Positions 60,051-64,000 of a DNA stretch of 64,000 bases are shown piece after piece. Made by a program: the position numbers and the translations under genes. Below the pieces are notes generated by a model. That model searched no databases. It saw only the letters and a list, made by a program, of their open reading frames with translations, and had not been told where the DNA came from. The DNA comes from Bacteroidia bacterium (lineage in GTDB: Bacteria; Bacteroidota; Bacteroidia; M30B66): positions 3,296,001 to 3,360,000 of the forward strand of contig OZ257142.1 in assembly GCA_965279035.1 (NCBI GenBank), read 5' to 3'. How positions within the stretch are numbered: the first letter of the stretch is position 1; the number at the start of each line of letters is the position of its first letter.

Positions 60051-63000
60051 TTAACTTACTGCAACCAAGCCCGGTTCATACGCCAAAACTGGACTTAGCC
60101 AACGTTCGGTGTCTTCGAGCGACATGTTTTTACGTTGGGCGTATTCTTCCACTTGATCGCGGTTGATTTTACCTAAGCCAAAATACTTGCTTTCGGGGTG
60201 TCCGAAATACCAGCCGCTAACTGCTGCCGTTGGATACATGGCGTAGCTTTCAGTTAGCGAAATACCCGTTTGTTTGCTGGCATCGAGGAGTTGGAAAAGC
60301 AGCCCTTTTTCGGTATGGTCGGGACAAGCAGGATAGCCTGGAGCAGGACGAATACCGCGGTATTTTTCGGTGATGAGTTCTTCGTTACTCAAGGTTTCGT
60401 TGCTCGCATAGCCCCAGAATTCTTGACGAACACGTTGATGTAAGCGCTCAGCAAAAGCTTCGGCTAAACGGTCGGCTAAAGCTTTGAGCATGATAGCTGA
60501 ATAATCGTCGTGATTGGCTTCAAAACGTGCAACATGTTCTTCAATTCCCAAACCAGTAGTTACGGCGAAACCACCTATATAATCAGCAATTCCGCTCGAT
60601 TTAGGTGCTACAAAATCGCTGAGGCAATAGTTGGCTTGTCCAGCTGCTTTCTTGTTTTGCTGACGAAGATTGTGAACCGTTTCTAATACGTGTGTGCGAG
60701 TTTCGTCGGTGTAGATTTCAATATCGTCACCAACCGAATTGGCTGGCCATAAACCAATCACAGCATTAGCCTGCAACCATTTTTCGTTGATCAATTGCTT
60801 CAACATCGCATGTGCATCGGCAAATACTTTAGTAGCTTCCTCCCCTACTACTGAATCGGTTAAGATTGCTGGATATTTTCCATACAATTCCCAAGTAGCA
60901 AAGAATGGCGTCCAGTCGATGTATTGCGCTAATTCAGCTAAATCGTAATTCACCAAGGTGGTGTTTCCATTCTTAACTGGTGATTGAATATCGGATGCTT
61001 TGAATTCAATAGGAATGCGGTTTTCACGCGCTGCTGAAAGGGAAATATATTCTTTCGCAGAAACACGTCCTGCATGCTGTTCACGGATTTTCTGATATTC
61101 CACATCCAAATCCTCCATGAATTTTGGACGTAATTCAGGATTGATAAGCGAACCTGCTACAGGCACCGAACGTGAAGCATCAAGCACGTGAACAACTGGT
61201 CCGCTATAGTTTTGAGCAATCTTTACGGCTGTATGTGTTTTAGAAGTTGTTGCTCCACCTATCAACAAAGGAATTTTAAATCCTTGTTTTTCCATTTCAC
61301 GGGCAACAGTCACCATTTCGTCGAGTGATGGGGTGATAAGTCCGCTAAGACCAATGATATCGGCACCAATTTCACGCGCAGTATCAAGGATTTTCTGGTA
61401 AGGAACCATTACTCCAATATCAACCACTTCGTAATTATTACAGCCTAAAACAACGCCTACAATATTTTTCCCAATATCGTGAACATCGCCTTTCACGGTA
61501 GCCATGAGGATGGTTCCGTTGCTGTTCGATTCACCTTCTCTCTTTTCAGCTTCGATGAATGGTAGCAGATACGCCACCGATTTCTTCATTACACGAGCGC
61601 TCTTCACCACCTGAGGAAGGAACATTTTACCACTTCCAAACAAATCACCCACAATGTTCATCCCGTCCATCAAAGGACCTTCAATCACCTGCAAAGGACG
61701 ATCAACTAACTGACGCGCTTCTTCGGTGTCCTCGTCGATAAATTCCACGATTCCCTTGATAAGCGCATGGCTGAGGCGTTTGTTCACTGGCCAAGTTCTC
61801 CATTCCAGGTCTTTCTCTTGAACTTTCCCTTTCGATTTGATGGTTTCAGCAAATTCAACCAAACGTTCGGTAGAATCGGGACGACGGTTGAGCAATACAT
61901 CTTCTACCAGCTCAAGTAAATCCTTAGGAATTTCTTCGTACACCTCGAGTTGTCCTGCATTGACAATTCCCATATCCAATCCCGCTTTGATGGCGTGATA
62001 TAGGAAAGCCGAGTGCATGGCTTCACGTACGCGATCGTTACCACGGAACGAGAAGGAAATATTCGATACACCGCCACTAACGCGTGCTCCGGGAAGATTA
62101 TTTTTTATCCAGCGAGTAGCTTTAATAAAATCGACTGCATAATTATTATGCTCTTCGATTCCAGTTGCTACAGTTAGAATGTTTGGATCGAAGATGATAT
62201 CTGTAGGTGGAAGTCCAACTTCGTTTACTAAGATGTTGTAGGCACGTTGGCAAATCTCGATGCGTCGTTCGTATGAATCGGCTTGACCTTGTTCATCAAA
62301 TGCCATGACCACAACCGCAGCTCCGTAGCGTTTCACGAGGCGAGCATGGTGACGGAAAGCTTCTTCACCTTCCTTCATGGAAATGGAATTCACGATGGAT
62401 TTTCCTTGTACGCATTTCAATCCCGCCTCAATCACCGACCATTTAGATGAATCAATCATGAAAGGAAGCTTGGCGATATCGGGTTCAGATGCCATGAGGT
62501 TGAGAAACTTCACCATAGCAGCTTCCGAATCGAGCATGCCTTCATCCATGTTCACATCCAGAATTTGGGCACCACCTTCAACTTGGTTAAGAGCAACAGT
62601 TAGGGCTTCATCGTAATTGCCTTCCATGATTAGGCGGGCGAATTTCTTAGAACCCGTTACGTTGGTACGTTCACCGATGTTGACGAAATTAGTTTCCTCA
62701 CGAATAGTAACTGGTTCGAGTCCGCTGTAGAATGGAACAGGCTCCACATCTGGAATTACGTGTGGTTGATATTCGGCAGCTACACGAGCAATTTCACGAA
62801 TGTGATCAGGAGTAGTACCGCAGCAACCACCAATGATGTTGATGTAATTGTTTTCGAGGTACTCACGAATTTGAACACCCATTTGTTCGGGCGTTTCGTC
62901 GTATTGTCCGAAAGCATTAGGTAATCCAGCATTCGGGTGAGCCGAAATACGGAATTTAGAATTCTTAGCGAGTGTTTCGATGTAGGGTTTTAACTGACGT

Positions 63001-63740
63001 GCACCGAGGGCACAGTTGAATCCTACAGAAAGTAAATCAATGTGCGAAACTGAATAGAGAAATGCTTCGGCTGTTTGTCCGGTGAGTGTTCTACCAGACG
63101 CATCGGTAATCGTTCCCGAAACCATGACAGGCATACGAATCCCTTGTTTTTCGCAGTATTGATCGATGGCAAAAAGTGCTGCTTTACAATTCAGTGTATC
63201 AAAAACAGTTTCAACAAGTAGAATATCTACACCACCATCAACGAGACCGCGTACTTGTTCGGTATAGGCTTCCACAAGTTCATCGAACGTGATGGCACGA
63301 TAGCCGGGATCGTTCACATCGGGTGAGATGCTAGCTGTACGGTTTGTAGGACCGATTGAACCAGCAACAAAACGAGGTTTATCGGGTTGAAGGGCAGTGT
63401 ATTTATCAGCAGCTTGACGAGCTAAACGAGCAGCAGCAACATTGAGATCATACACGATATGCTCCAGGTGATAATCGGCTTGTGCGATGCTGGTTCCGCT
63501 GAAGGTGTTGGTTTCGGCGATATCGGCACCGGCTTCGTAATAGGCTTCATGAATCCCTAAGATGATATCTGGACGCGTGAGAGCGAGTAGGTCGTTGTTT
63601 CCTTTAAGCGGAGAAGGATGATTTTCGAAATGACCTTTCCGGAAATCTTCCTCTTCGAGTGGATGCCTTTGGATCATGGTTCCCATGGCGCCATCAAGGA
63701 CGAGAATACGTTTTTTCAGTTGCTCCTGTAGTAATGACAT
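60051..63740 (-). CDS. metH: Cobalamin-dependent methionine synthase
   Basis: '[10 protein letters not shown]', 'GGCCGT', '[10 protein letters not shown]', 'GDVHDIGKN' and '[12 protein letters not shown]'. Start MSLLQ at 63740. Confidence 0.98.
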   Translation of the reverse strand: MSLLQEQLKKRILVLDGAMGTMIQRHPLEEEDFRKGHFENHPSPLKGNNDLLALTRPDIILGIHEAYYEAGADIAETNTFSGTSIAQADYHLEHIVYDLNVAAARLARQAADKYTALQPDKPRFVAGSIGPTNRTASISPDVNDPGYRAITFDELVEAYTEQVRGLVDGGVDILLVETVFDTLNCKAALFAIDQYCEKQGIRMPVMVSGTITDASGRTLTGQTAEAFLYSVSHIDLLSVGFNCALGARQLKPYIETLAKNSKFRISAHPNAGLPNAFGQYDETPEQMGVQIREYLENNYINIIGGCCGTTPDHIREIARVAAEYQPHVIPDVEPVPFYSGLEPVTIREETNFVNIGERTNVTGSKKFARLIMEGNYDEALTVALNQVEGGAQILDVNMDEGMLDSEAAMVKFLNLMASEPDIAKLPFMIDSSKWSVIEAGLKCVQGKSIVNSISMKEGEEAFRHHARLVKRYGAAVVVMAFDEQGQADSYERRIEICQRAYNILVNEVGLPPTDIIFDPNILTVATGIEEHNNYAVDFIKATRWIKNNLPGARVSGGVSNISFSFRGNDRVREAMHSAFLYHAIKAGLDMGIVNAGQLEVYEEIPKDLLELVEDVLLNRRPDSTERLVEFAETIKSKGKVQEKDLEWRTWPVNKRLSHALIKGIVEFIDEDTEEARQLVDRPLQVIEGPLMDGMNIVGDLFGSGKMFLPQVVKSARVMKKSVAYLLPFIEAEKREGESNSNGTILMATVKGDVHDIGKNIVGVVLGCNNYEVVDIGVMVPYQKILDTAREIGADIIGLSGLITPSLDEMVTVAREMEKQGFKIPLLIGGATTSKTHTAVKIAQNYSGPVVHVLDASRSVPVAGSLINPELRPKFMEDLDVEYQKIREQHAGRVSAKEYISLSAARENRIPIEFKASDIQSPVKNGNTTLVNYDLAELAQYIDWTPFFATWELYGKYPAILTDSVVGEEATKVFADAHAMLKQLINEKWLQANAVIGLWPANSVGDDIEIYTDETRTHVLETVHNLRQQNKKAAGQANYCLSDFVAPKSSGIADYIGGFAVTTGLGIEEHVARFEANHDDYSAIMLKALADRLAEAFAERLHQRVRQEFWGYASNETLSNEELITEKYRGIRPAPGYPACPDHTEKGLLFQLLDASKQTGISLTESYAMYPTAAVSGWYFGHPESKYFGLGKINRDQVEEYAQRKNMSLEDTERWLSPVLAYEPGLVAVS

Positions 63741-63820
63741 ACGTGTATCTTTCTTCGCGTGAAGAACACTAACAGAAAGATAAGGTTGCCGCAAACAGGA
63801 AATTGAATTGATGGTTCATT

Positions 63821-63917
63821 CTTATCTGCTCCCCAATGGGGCTAGGAATTGGCACCTTTCTCAAAAGAGGGTTGCCAAGACGTCATAGGGCCTATTCCCT
63901 CGGTCTTTCTGGATAAG
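63821..63917 (-). promoter_or_regulatory. SAM-I riboswitch
   Basis: Minus strand cttatccagaaagaccgaggga.taggccct.tgac...ggcaacc...aaggtgccaattcc...agataag; P1 is cttatc/gataag; lies upstream of metH. Confidence 0.93.
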
Positions 63918-63945
63918 TGTACTTCAATGAACGTTTATTCAGAGG

Positions 63946-63953
63946 CAAAAGTA
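63946..63953 (-). promoter_or_regulatory. -7 promoter box for the metH leader
   Basis: TACTTTTG on the minus strand ~30 nt upstream of the riboswitch. Confidence 0.6.
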
Positions 63954-64000
63954 CAAAAATATTCATCAAGCAAGCAAGCGCGGACGAGACAGATCTCGTT

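Noticed and set aside
19689-62616. Numerous 60-116 aa ORFs antisense or out of frame within secDF, acnA, the RND permease, GH13, metH and the large T9SS genes
   Set aside because: They are nested within well-supported genes and have no motifs; expected shadow ORFs.
63741-63794. 18-aa N-terminal extension of MetH from a TTG start
   Set aside because: It lies in the riboswitch expression platform; MetH homology begins at MSLLQ (63740).

Overview
Chromosomal window from a Bacteroidota genome: many T9SS C-terminal sorting domains, TAnnTTTG-type -7 promoter boxes, a SecDF fusion and a mitochondrial-type aconitase. The left ~9 kb is an AT-rich mobile mosaic. Its 6,179-bp segment 2013-8191 is bounded on the left by a 401-bp non-coding MITE with IS982 ends and on the right by an intact IS982 in inverted orientation. 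The segment is flanked by an exact 8-bp duplication (TATACTAG) and splits a ~163-aa signal-peptide gene whose halves rejoin in frame, so it reads as an IS/MITE composite transposon. It carries a YdeI/OmpD gene, a tandem pair of IS4 elements, REP-like and Flavo-1-like repeats and an orphan gene. Next is an amino-dideoxysugar/surface-glycosylation cluster (9.1-17.4 kb) with an unusual ATP-grasp, SDR-HAD fusion and methyltransferase set. Housekeeping and secreted-protein genes follow: tatD, tcdA, two tatA/B, secDF, an acyl-CoA dehydrogenase, T9SS cargo, miaE, a GH13 enzyme, acnA, a MarR-RND efflux operon and mqnA. An AT-rich islet at 42.2-43.0 kb holds an unannotated 57-aa ORF overlapping an ADP-ribosyltransferase-fold-like gene, a candidate new toxin-antitoxin pair. 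The right end has parDE, a T9SS gene and an IS3, separated by inverted heptamer-repeat elements, and ends with metH under a SAM-I riboswitch. All family assignments come from motif reading, not database searches.
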